Assembly (NCBI GenBank): GCA_030745755.1 | Contig: JASLOA010000034.1 | Location: 10,071 to 74,070 of the forward strand | Direction: 5' to 3' | Length of the DNA: 64,000 nucleotides | DNA from: Kiritimatiellia bacterium | GTDB lineage: Bacteria; Verrucomicrobiota; Kiritimatiellia; UBA8416; JABMPJ01 | Part shown: positions 56,229-64,000 of the stretch, piece after piece | Numbering within the stretch: the stretch's first letter is position 1 | Layout: each line of letters starts with the position of its first letter | Notes under the pieces: model-generated | What the model was told of the DNA's origin: nothing | What the model saw: only the letters and a program-made list of their open reading frames with translations | Database searches by the model: none | Program-made: the position numbers and the translations under genes

Positions 56229-56432
56229 TCTTATCAACAGTTGAATAGATCGGCCATGCTGTATGTCTGACCTGTTGCCGCATTCAGGGCGTTCACGATC
56301 GTGGTCTGCACATTACGGGTGAGGTGTCGGCCTTTGCAGGGCGGCCACGAGATCGTGAGCCTTCAGCTCCTTCTCACGAATGATCTGCGCGACCGGCTGT
56401 TCGCCAAGGTTGCGTTCGATGTCTCTATGCAC
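56229..56432 (-). pseudogene. Frameshifted paralogue of the 78-aa gene at 50985-51221 (~38-nt deletion; GTG start; N-terminal 39 codons then stop; C-terminus conserved in another frame)
   Basis: DNA alignment about 80% identical to copy 1 with one gap; translation VHRDIERNLGEQPVAQIIREKELKAHDLVAALQRPTPHP*, then CKGRHLTRNVQTTIVNALNAATGQTYSMADLFNC in a shifted frame. Confidence 0.5.
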
Positions 56433-56617
56433 ACCACTCTTTCGCCACGGAACGTGCTTCGTTCTTCCAATTCTCCTTGTTTGGGTTGCTGCATTGCGAC
56501 AGATTCAACAGGTGCAAGTGTGTCAAGGCCTCTACACGCCGAAAATGTCCATAGAGACGCGGCGTGGTGCGAAACGAGTGGGAGCGAGGGCCTGTCACGC
56601 ACATGCGGGGGGAACTG

Positions 56618-57835
56618 ATGAGTGTATCTGTCCATGCCGAGGAAGTCCGTGCGCTGATCGATATTGCACAGACGATTAATGCACACCTCTCGATTGATGC
56701 CGTGCTGGAGTCGGTCATGTCTGTGGCCAAGGAGGTGATGGCGGCCGAGGCCTCCTCGCTCTTTACGGTCGACGACGACACGGGCGAGCTTCTGTTCCAT
56801 GTCGCCCAGGGCGAGAAAGCTGAGCGGGTGAAACCCATTCGGATGCAGCCCGGACAAGGCATCGTGGGGCACGTGGTTGAAACCGGTGAGCCACTGATCG
56901 TCAACGATGTGGCGAACGATAGCCGCTGGTATGCCAAGCCTGACGAAGAGAGCGGCTTCAAAACGCGATCCATCCTGTGTGTGCCGCTGCGTACCCCTGA
57001 GCGTCTCCTGGGTGCCATAGAAATTCTCAACAAGATCGATGGACCCTTCACAGAGAGCGACCTTGCGCTCTGCCAGGCTGTGGCCGGGCAGGCCGCGGTG
57101 GCCATTGAGAACGCCATGCTGCACGAGCAGATGCTGGAGAAGGAACGCATGGCCGCCATCGGGGAGACCGTTGCCGGGCTGTCGCATTGCATTAAGAATA
57201 TCCTGCAGGGGGTCAAGACCGGCTCCTACCTCGTCAACTTGGGGATGAAGCGGGAAGATATGGACTTGGTAGGCAAGGGGTGGACAGCCGTCAGCAAGAA
57301 GAATGACTTCATGGAGGAGCTCGTGTGGGACCTCTTGACGTTGTCAAAACCCCGTGAGCCTCTCTACGAGGCGACGGACCTGAATGCGCTGTGCGAGGAT
57401 ATATGCGAGATCGGCTCCCAGCGCGAAGAGGGCGAACCGTCGGTCACTGTGGATTTCAAACCCGATCCGAACCTGCCGGAAGTCGAGGCAGATGGGAAGG
57501 GCATGCGGAGATGTCTGCTCAACCTGGTTACGAATGCGGTTGACGCCTGTACCGATGGCGGGACGGCCACGGTCGGGACGCTTGCGCCCGACGACGATGG
57601 CAAGGTGCGGGTGGTGGTGAGTGACACGGGCTGTGGCATGGACGAGGAAACCGTGAACAAACTCTTTACGGTGTTCTTCAGCACGAAAGGGTCCAAGGGC
57701 ACCGGCCTGGGACTCCCGGTAACAAAGAAGATCGTGGAGGAGCACGGCGGCCTGCTGGAAATCGCTTCCGAGAAGGGCAAAGGGACCACGTTCACGGTTG
57801 TCTTACCCCAGCTCCACGAAGACTGGCGCGCCTGA
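56618..57835 (+). CDS. GAF-domain sensor histidine kinase
   Basis: GAF; H-box AIGETVAGLSHCIKNIL; HATPase N/G1/G2 boxes LLNLVTNAVDA...DTGCGMD...GTGLGL. Confidence 0.8.
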   Translation: MSVSVHAEEVRALIDIAQTINAHLSIDAVLESVMSVAKEVMAAEASSLFTVDDDTGELLFHVAQGEKAERVKPIRMQPGQGIVGHVVETGEPLIVNDVANDSRWYAKPDEESGFKTRSILCVPLRTPERLLGAIEILNKIDGPFTESDLALCQAVAGQAAVAIENAMLHEQMLEKERMAAIGETVAGLSHCIKNILQGVKTGSYLVNLGMKREDMDLVGKGWTAVSKKNDFMEELVWDLLTLSKPREPLYEATDLNALCEDICEIGSQREEGEPSVTVDFKPDPNLPEVEADGKGMRRCLLNLVTNAVDACTDGGTATVGTLAPDDDGKVRVVVSDTGCGMDEETVNKLFTVFFSTKGSKGTGLGLPVTKKIVEEHGGLLEIASEKGKGTTFTVVLPQLHEDWRA

Positions 57836-57886
57836 ATGCCGAAGAGTCTGCTCTGAGGCGAGGCGCCTCGTGCCGACATGCCCGGA

Positions 57887-58381
57887 CTATGGCAGTACGC
57901 GTTCGACGAGGAGGCGTTCGCGAGGAGGGAGGGTGGTGTAGTCGCTGATGCGATAGCGGCACGTCTCAATGTCCGTCACGAGGAGCATATTGCTGGCGGT
58001 TACAGCCATGTGTTCTTTGCGTCCGCTGACGAAGAACGATACCGGGCCACGGTCAGTTTCTACCCGCCACTCATCCATCCCGTGCAGGGTGCGTATGTCT
58101 TCGATGGCCACAATCTCGGGCAGGAAATGCTGGTGCTGCAGGTCGTCAATAACGATCCGCCGCTGCTCGCCGGGGAGGTCCTTCAGCGCCCGAATGATCC
58201 CTATCTCGCTCTGCTCGCGGTCGCCGGGTTTTTGGACCGAAATATAGTGGTCGGGGTCGGTCAGGGGAAACAGACGACGGCAGACGACGGGTGCGACCTC
58301 GGTGCCGTCCGGTAGCGCCAGACGTAGCTCACCTTCGGGCGATCGGGAGAACGTCACGTTGTCCGGATGAAGCAGGTTCAT
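57887..58381 (-). CDS. DUF1854 family protein
   Basis: 164 aa; characteristic adjacency to, and 6-nt spacing from, the upstream ABC exporter. Confidence 0.65.
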   Translation of the reverse strand: MNLLHPDNVTFSRSPEGELRLALPDGTEVAPVVCRRLFPLTDPDHYISVQKPGDREQSEIGIIRALKDLPGEQRRIVIDDLQHQHFLPEIVAIEDIRTLHGMDEWRVETDRGPVSFFVSGRKEHMAVTASNMLLVTDIETCRYRISDYTTLPPRERLLVERVLP

Positions 58382-58386
58382 GGTGT

Positions 58387-60744
58387 CTACCCTTCCACGG
58401 CCACGATCGCGGAGAGCGCCTCCTGCGATTGGACGAGCTTGCTGAAGTGGCCCTCCGTCTGCATGAGCTCTGCGTGTGTCCCGGTTTCAATGATCTCACC
58501 CTCATCGATAACGACGAGACGGTTGCAGTTCCGGAGCGTGGCAAGGCGGTGGGCAATGGCGATCGTGGTGCGCCCCTTGGTAAGAGTGGCCAAAGCCTGC
58601 TGGATCTTCTCCTCGGTCTGTACGTCCACCGAAGACGTCGCTTCATCGAGGATCAGAATGCGCGGGTCGCGCAAAATGGCGCGTGCAATGGCAATGCGCT
58701 GTTTTTCGCCGCCCGAGAGATGGCTGCCTCGTTCACCCACGAGTGTGTCGTAGCCATCGGGCTTGCGGCTGATGAACTCGTGCGCGTGGGCGGCCGCTGC
58801 AGCCGCGATGACCTCCTCCTTGGTGGCATCCGGTTTGGCATAGGAGATGTTCTCCATGATCGTGCCACTGAACAAGAACGTCTCCTGGAGCACTACGCCG
58901 ATGTGCTGACGTAGATCATTCTGACGGATCCTGCACACGTCGATGTCGTCAACCCGGATCGCGCCCTTGTCCACGTCGTAGAGGCGGCTGATCAGGTTGA
59001 TCAAGGTGCTCTTGCCTGCGCCACTCTTGCCCACAAGACCGACCATTTCGTTGGCCGCGATATCGAGCGACAGCCCTTTGACCACCGGCTGGTGCTTGTT
59101 GTAGCCGAAGGTGATGTTGTCGAGGACGATGTGTCCGTCAATGGAGGGCATCTCAATGGCATCAGGATCATCCTGTATGTCGGGAGTGGTATCGATGATA
59201 TCAAAGACACGTTCTGCGGCCGCGAGGGCATTCGTGATCATCTGGGACATGCGCGTCAGCATAAAGACCGGCCGGTAGAACATCATCAGGTAGCCGGAGT
59301 AGGCGACCACGTCGCCGATTGACATGCCGCCGGGGGCGTCTGCGCCACGAAACACCAGACGACCGCCCACCAGCCAGACGAGGACGGCTCCCAACATGAT
59401 GAGAAAATGCATGAAAGGATGATAGATGCTCCAGCGCTTGACCAGGTCGATTCCCGAATCACGGTAGACCTCGCTCGTGCGGCGGAACTTGTTTACCTCC
59501 AGGTTTTCCTGGCCGAAGGCTTTGACGACCCGGATGCCCGAGAGCGAGTCGTTTACCAGGGCGGAGAGGCGAGACCGCCTGTGAAAGTAGCGGTGAAACA
59601 TGGCGCGTATGATCGGGATGATGAGCCGCAGGAAGGCAATGGTACCCACTATGGGGAGAATCACGAAGAGCGTGAGCCGCCAGCTCACGATGAAGAGAAG
59701 AATGCCGACACCGATGAGTGAGAGCAGCGACTCAAGCGAGATCGGGATGAAGTCCACCAACAGTCGCTGCAGCTCGGCCGTGTCCTGGTTGACACGGGCC
59801 ATGATCGACCCTGTATGGCGCTTATCAAAAAAGGTGAGCGATAGCTCCTGGAGGCGCGCATAGATGGCCGAACGTACATCGTAGACGGTCTTGAAGCCGA
59901 TGACACCGGAGAGCCGCTCCTGCCACCCGGCGAAGAAAGACTGCAGTGCATAGGCTACGAAGATCGCGCCCACGCACCAGAGATGCCAGTCCGCGTATGG
60001 GAATCCACCTGTGGTGGAATCTGCCCGAAAGACAAAATCGATGAACAGCTTGCTCATGTATGGCACCAGGAGGGCCGCCACGGTGGAGAGTGAGGAGATA
60101 ACGAAAATCCCCAGTATTTGCCAGGTGTAGGGGCGCGAGAATGAGAAGATGCGCAGGAGCGCCTTGTGGTGTTTCAGACAGTAGGGACAGGCCCGCATGT
60201 CCTCGGGGATCGCGCGTCCGCACTGTTCGCATCGCTTGCGGTCAGATGTCGTATGGTGCGCTTCAAGTCCCTCGCCCTCTTTCAGCGCACGGATCCCGTC
60301 CACGGTTTTGTGGAAATCGTCCGAACGCGCATCGGTATAGGCGATCAGGCGGTACGAGCCGGCCGCAGTGGTGACGAGCACGGCACCGGCTCCCACGCTG
60401 CCTTCCGCCTTGATGCTCTCGATATCCGCAAATGCCAGGTCGTGGCGTGGCTCGGTCGCCGCCTGTGGGAAGACGAGGACATGAGCGTCGGTCACCACCA
60501 GCCATTCTGTTCCGTACTCCGCGGGACCGGCGATGTCGGAACTGATCGCCAGAACAATGGATTCAGCCGGATGCAGCTCAAGTGCGGCATCTCTGATTGC
60601 GCCCGGTAGTGTGGCCTTCTCCACGCGGTAGATCCTTTCAGCAGATTGACTCGGCACTCTACTGGTGCATGAGCGAACGCTCAAGCAGGGAAATCCGGGG
60701 ACATATCCCAGTATTCTGGAGCAATGATGCAGGAATGCCCGCAA
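58387..60744 (-). CDS. ABC exporter, fused TMD-NBD, with a ~200-aa N-terminal cytoplasmic extension (PH-like region plus CxxC...CxxC zinc ribbon); true start possibly internal GTG near 60624
   Basis: Six-TM ABC_membrane domain; Walker A GKSGAGKST, LSGGEKQR, ILILDEATSSVD; N-terminal CEQCGRAIPEDMRACPYC. Confidence 0.85.
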   Translation of the reverse strand: MRAFLHHCSRILGYVPGFPCLSVRSCTSRVPSQSAERIYRVEKATLPGAIRDAALELHPAESIVLAISSDIAGPAEYGTEWLVVTDAHVLVFPQAATEPRHDLAFADIESIKAEGSVGAGAVLVTTAAGSYRLIAYTDARSDDFHKTVDGIRALKEGEGLEAHHTTSDRKRCEQCGRAIPEDMRACPYCLKHHKALLRIFSFSRPYTWQILGIFVISSLSTVAALLVPYMSKLFIDFVFRADSTTGGFPYADWHLWCVGAIFVAYALQSFFAGWQERLSGVIGFKTVYDVRSAIYARLQELSLTFFDKRHTGSIMARVNQDTAELQRLLVDFIPISLESLLSLIGVGILLFIVSWRLTLFVILPIVGTIAFLRLIIPIIRAMFHRYFHRRSRLSALVNDSLSGIRVVKAFGQENLEVNKFRRTSEVYRDSGIDLVKRWSIYHPFMHFLIMLGAVLVWLVGGRLVFRGADAPGGMSIGDVVAYSGYLMMFYRPVFMLTRMSQMITNALAAAERVFDIIDTTPDIQDDPDAIEMPSIDGHIVLDNITFGYNKHQPVVKGLSLDIAANEMVGLVGKSGAGKSTLINLISRLYDVDKGAIRVDDIDVCRIRQNDLRQHIGVVLQETFLFSGTIMENISYAKPDATKEEVIAAAAAAHAHEFISRKPDGYDTLVGERGSHLSGGEKQRIAIARAILRDPRILILDEATSSVDVQTEEKIQQALATLTKGRTTIAIAHRLATLRNCNRLVVIDEGEIIETGTHAELMQTEGHFSKLVQSQEALSAIVAVEG

Positions 60745-60800
60745 ACAGGGCTCGATCTCATTCTGGCAAGTGCGACCGGGTCATATGCGTATGGTCTGGC

Positions 60801-60920
60801 GGAGATGCCTCGGCTGCGCTCGGCATGACAGGAACCTTTTCTGAGAAATGTCATCCCGCCTGCCCGCCATAGCCCAGCGGGCGACGGCGGGAGCGAAGCC
60901 GAGGGATCTCCTATGCGACC
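60801..60920. repeat. Family-1 element with a nested ~35-nt palindromic insert sharing catagcccagcg with family 2
   Basis: ggagatgcctcggctgcgctcggcatgaca...tgtcatcccg[cctgcccgccatagcccagcgggcgacggcggg]agcgaagccgagggatctc. Confidence 0.7.
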
Positions 60921-61017
60921 TAAGGCTCGGAACGGGGGTGAGTTCTGAGGAAATCCGCGTTGTGCTGCCGGGGGTGTCGTCCTATACTCAGGGCCTCTTT
61001 GAGTTTGGGGGATTGTT

Positions 61018-62088
61018 ATGGGTAGTTCATTCGGGACTGTTTTTCGGGTATCGACGTTCGGGGAATCGCACGGAGTCGGGGTTGGCGCCATTGTGGATGG
61101 CTGTCCGGCCCAGCTTGAGATCTCGCTGGAGGCGATCCAGGCTCAGGCGGACCGGCGTAAGCCGGGACAGAGCGACCTGACGACGCAGCGAATGGAAGCC
61201 GACACGGTCGAGATTCTCTCCGGTGTGCAGAACGGCAAGACGCTCGGAACGCCGATCGGACTGCTCGTGCGCAACACCGACCAGCGCCCGGGTGACTATG
61301 ATGAGACCCTGGATGCTCCGCGTCCTTCACACGCCGACTATACCTACCTGAAGAAGTACGGCGTACGCGCCAAAAGCGGCGGTGGTCGCGCCAGTGCGCG
61401 TGAAACGGCGGCCCGCGTGGCAGCCGGGGCACTGGCAGAGCAGTACCTGCAGCAGCTTTGCGGCGTGGATATCGTGGCGTGGGTCAGCCAGGTAGGCGCC
61501 ATCGGCTCGGAAGTGGATGTCGGCACGGTAAGCCGTGCCGATGTGGATTCACGTGCCGTGCGCTGTCCGGACCATGCCGCGGCCGACAAGATGGAGGCCC
61601 GCATCCGTGAAGTGCGCGACGAGGGCGACTCGATCGGCGGTATTCTGACCTGTGTCTGCCGGAATGTCCCGGCGGGGTGGGGGGAGCCTATCTTCGACAA
61701 GGCCGAAGCGCTTCTGGCGCAGGCGATGCTCTCCATTCCTGCCTGCAAGGCGTTCGAGATCGGTTCCGGCTTCGCCGGATCCCAACTCCGTGGCTCACAG
61801 CACAACGATCCGTTTACGTCGGGCGATGACACCAACCTGGGTACGTCCACGAACAACAGTGGCGGCGTTCAGGGCGGAATTACAAACGGCATGCCGATTG
61901 TTTTCCGCGCGGCGTTCAAGCCGCCTGCGACGATCAAGTGCGCCCAGGAGACGGTGAATTATGCGGGCCAGCCGGTGACCCTGCAAGTGACAGAGGGCCG
62001 GCACGACCCCTGTGTCGTACCGCGCGCCGTGCCGATCGTAGAATCCATGGCCGCGCTGGTTCTGGCTGACCTTGCACGCCAGGCATGA
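61018..62088 (+). CDS. aroC: Chorismate synthase
   Basis: FGESHG, RPSHAD, GGRSSARET-like motifs. Confidence 0.9.
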   Translation: MGSSFGTVFRVSTFGESHGVGVGAIVDGCPAQLEISLEAIQAQADRRKPGQSDLTTQRMEADTVEILSGVQNGKTLGTPIGLLVRNTDQRPGDYDETLDAPRPSHADYTYLKKYGVRAKSGGGRASARETAARVAAGALAEQYLQQLCGVDIVAWVSQVGAIGSEVDVGTVSRADVDSRAVRCPDHAAADKMEARIREVRDEGDSIGGILTCVCRNVPAGWGEPIFDKAEALLAQAMLSIPACKAFEIGSGFAGSQLRGSQHNDPFTSGDDTNLGTSTNNSGGVQGGITNGMPIVFRAAFKPPATIKCAQETVNYAGQPVTLQVTEGRHDPCVVPRAVPIVESMAALVLADLARQA

Positions 62089-62205
62089 AGAAGGGTTCAA
62101 GGTTCGCGGTTCAAGGCTCAAGGTTGGATGGCTCCTCAGCCGTGTTAGAAGCCCTGAACCTGGTGTGGTGTTTCGCAAAAAGGACTCTCTAAATCTGTAA
62201 GGTTC

Positions 62206-62278
62206 TGTCATTCCGAGCGAAGCGAGGAATCTCAGCCCATGTTGAGGCAGAGATCCCTCGACTTCGCTCGGGATGACA
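62206..62278. repeat. Family-1 palindromic element flanked by ggttcaagg / ccttgaa short repeats
   Basis: ctgtcattccgagcgaagcgaggaatctc...gagatccctcgacttcgctcgggatgaca. Confidence 0.8.
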
Positions 62279-62348
62279 CACGAGTTATACAAACGCAATT
62301 GTGAGATACGACACTAGAACTCATGAACCTTGAATCCTCAAACCTGAC

Positions 62349-63509
62349 ATGAGCCTACCGGGAACATTTGAGATTTTGGCCAATGATGGCGCGACGCAGG
62401 CGCGTTGCGGCAAGCTGTGGACGGCGCATGGCGCTTTCGAGACGCCTGCGTTCATGCCTGTGGGGACCCAGGCGACGGTCAAGACGATGGCGCCATGGGA
62501 GCTGACCGATCTTGAGGTTCAGATTATCCTTGGCAATACCTACCACCTCAATATCCGCCCGGGCATGGAGATCATGGCGGCCTGCGGGGGACTGCACAAA
62601 TTCATGGGCTGGGAGGGTCCGATCCTGACGGATAGCGGCGGCTACCAGGTCTTCAGCCTGGCCAAGCTGCGCAAGATCCGGGATGACGGGGTGGAATTCA
62701 ACTCGCACATCGACGGTAGCCGTATCTTCCTGGGACCGAAGGAAACGATGGCGATTCAGCGGGTGCTGGGATCGGATATTGCGATGGTCCTGGACGAGTG
62801 CCCGCCCTATCCGTGTGACCGTGATTACGCTTGTAAATCGGTATCGAAGTCCATAGCATGGGCGGCTCTTTGTTCGGAGCAGGAACGTGCTCCGGGACAA
62901 TTGGTGTTCGGGATTGTACAGGGCGGTGTCTACACCGATCTGCGCGAGCAGTGTGCACGGGCGCTGGTGGATATTGGCTTTGACGGCTATGCCATCGGCG
63001 GGGTGAGCGTTGGCGAGCCCGACGTGGTGCTGCGACAGGGCGTAGAGGATTCGGTGGGGATTCTGCCGGTCGACCGGCCTCGCTACCTTATGGGTGTGGG
63101 GCGGATGGACCAGATTCTGGACGCGGTGGCCGATGGCGTGGACATGTTCGATTGCGTGATGCCGACGCGGTATGCGCGCAATGGGACGGCCTTTACGCGC
63201 GTGGGGCGCTATCCGGTGAAGGCCGGGGAGTATAAGCAGGATCAGCGGCCGATTGAGGTCGGCTGCGAATGCCGGGTGTGCCGGCGGTTCAGTAGGGCCT
63301 ATGTGCGGCACCTGTTGAACGTGGGTGAGATCCTGGGGGTACGCCTGTTGACGGTGCATAACCTGTACCGCTACATGGCGTTCATGCGCGAGATTCGCGA
63401 GGCGATACGCGCAGGTGATTTGGATGGGTATAGGAAACGAGTGAAAGAACGGCTGAGCCACGAGGCGCATGGTGGTTCGGTCGAACATGGCGAGGAAACA
63501 GATTCATGA
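62349..63509 (+). CDS. tgt: Queuine tRNA-ribosyltransferase
   Basis: LTDSGGYQVFSL, zinc site CECRVCRRFSRAYVRHL. Confidence 0.9.
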   Translation: MSLPGTFEILANDGATQARCGKLWTAHGAFETPAFMPVGTQATVKTMAPWELTDLEVQIILGNTYHLNIRPGMEIMAACGGLHKFMGWEGPILTDSGGYQVFSLAKLRKIRDDGVEFNSHIDGSRIFLGPKETMAIQRVLGSDIAMVLDECPPYPCDRDYACKSVSKSIAWAALCSEQERAPGQLVFGIVQGGVYTDLREQCARALVDIGFDGYAIGGVSVGEPDVVLRQGVEDSVGILPVDRPRYLMGVGRMDQILDAVADGVDMFDCVMPTRYARNGTAFTRVGRYPVKAGEYKQDQRPIEVGCECRVCRRFSRAYVRHLLNVGEILGVRLLTVHNLYRYMAFMREIREAIRAGDLDGYRKRVKERLSHEAHGGSVEHGEETDS

Positions 63510-63844
63510 TTGATATTCTTGGTTTGATAGCGATGGCGGCACCGGCGGAGGGGCAGCAGGGCAGTCCGTTCGGGATGATGGTTCCGATGCTGTTTATCTT
63601 TGCGATTTTCTATTTCATGCTGATTCGTCCGCAGCAGCGCAAGGAGAAGGAGCGCAAAAAGCTCATCAATGAGCTGAAGACCGGTGAACGCGTTATGTTC
63701 AGCGGCGGGATCATCGGGACCGTGACCAACGTGAAAGATGCCGTCTTTGTCATCAAGATCGCTGACGGCGTGAAGATCGAGGTCGCACGCGGTGCGGTGA
63801 GCAGGATCCTGGAGAAGGGCGAGAAGCCTGAGGAAGTGGAATAG
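63506..63844 (+). CDS. yajC: Preprotein translocase subunit YajC
   Basis: TM then FYFMLIRPQQRKEKERKKL; ATGA overlap with tgt. Confidence 0.85.
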   Translation: MIDILGLIAMAAPAEGQQGSPFGMMVPMLFIFAIFYFMLIRPQQRKEKERKKLINELKTGERVMFSGGIIGTVTNVKDAVFVIKIADGVKIEVARGAVSRILEKGEKPEEVE

Positions 63845-63845
63845 C

Positions 63846-63960
63846 CAGTGATCAGTAGCCAGTGATCAGTAATCAGTGAGGACCTGATATACTACTGATC
63901 ACTGATGACTGACTACTGATCACTTGAGCATCAGGGAGAGCAGACGTTTAGTTCAAAGGA
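63846..63960. repeat. Palindromic simple-sequence block (cagtgatcagta / tactgatcactg) after yajC, terminator-like
   Basis: Read directly. Confidence 0.5.
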
Positions 63961-64000
63961 TAGGCAGAGGTAATGGATAAGAATGCGTTGTGGAAATGGT

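Noticed and set aside
1-64000. Transposase, integrase, recombinase, reverse transcriptase or defence-system genes (RM, CRISPR-Cas, Abi)
   Set aside because: None recognised in any frame. The dispersed repeats are non-autonomous.

Overview
High-GC (about 63-66%) bacterial chromosomal segment. Most of it is housekeeping. A translation block thrS-infC(ATT start)-rpmI-rplT-pheS-pheT sits mid-window. Also present are hemB and hemL, rny-ymdB, xseA-xseB, rarA, 5-formyl-THF cyclo-ligase, aroC, tgt-yajC, two DEAD-box helicases, an RRM glycine-rich RNA-binding protein and one tRNA-Gly(UCC). No transposase, integrase or CRISPR was seen. The window does carry three families of palindromic, hairpin-rich dispersed elements at high density. 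Family 1 is a GTCATCCCGAGCGAAGCGAGGGATCTC-type MITE/REP-like element with 7 copies. Family 2 is a ~105-nt multi-hairpin element with 3 copies around pheS/pheT and after a helicase gene. Family 3 is a ~195-nt element with 2 copies that show compensatory stem changes. Several tandem repeats are also present. Accessory content is as follows. A lower-GC segment holds a Cys-rich secreted small ORF upstream of a MacAB-like efflux operon (HlyD adaptor, ABC ATPase, two FtsX permeases, Cys/His lipoprotein, TolC-like OMF). A cation:proton antiporter is bracketed by two PTS-EIIA(Ntr)-domain proteins, one HTH-fused and one DUF190/PII-like-fused. A translationally coupled operon runs GT2-DUF2304-B12-radical-SAM-GT2. 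There is a DUF4160/DUF2442 pair. A low-GC island carries a 1259-aa secreted repeat protein plus a split-4-Cys small protein and is flanked by diverged paralogues of a 78-aa gene, one frameshifted. A DUF1854 gene sits next to an ABC exporter with an N-terminal extension, with a GAF histidine kinase nearby. Organism identity is not established from the sequence alone. RNase Y/YmdB and the Rbp+DeaD arrangement are compatible with Rhodothermaeota/Bacteroidota-like or other high-GC lineages.
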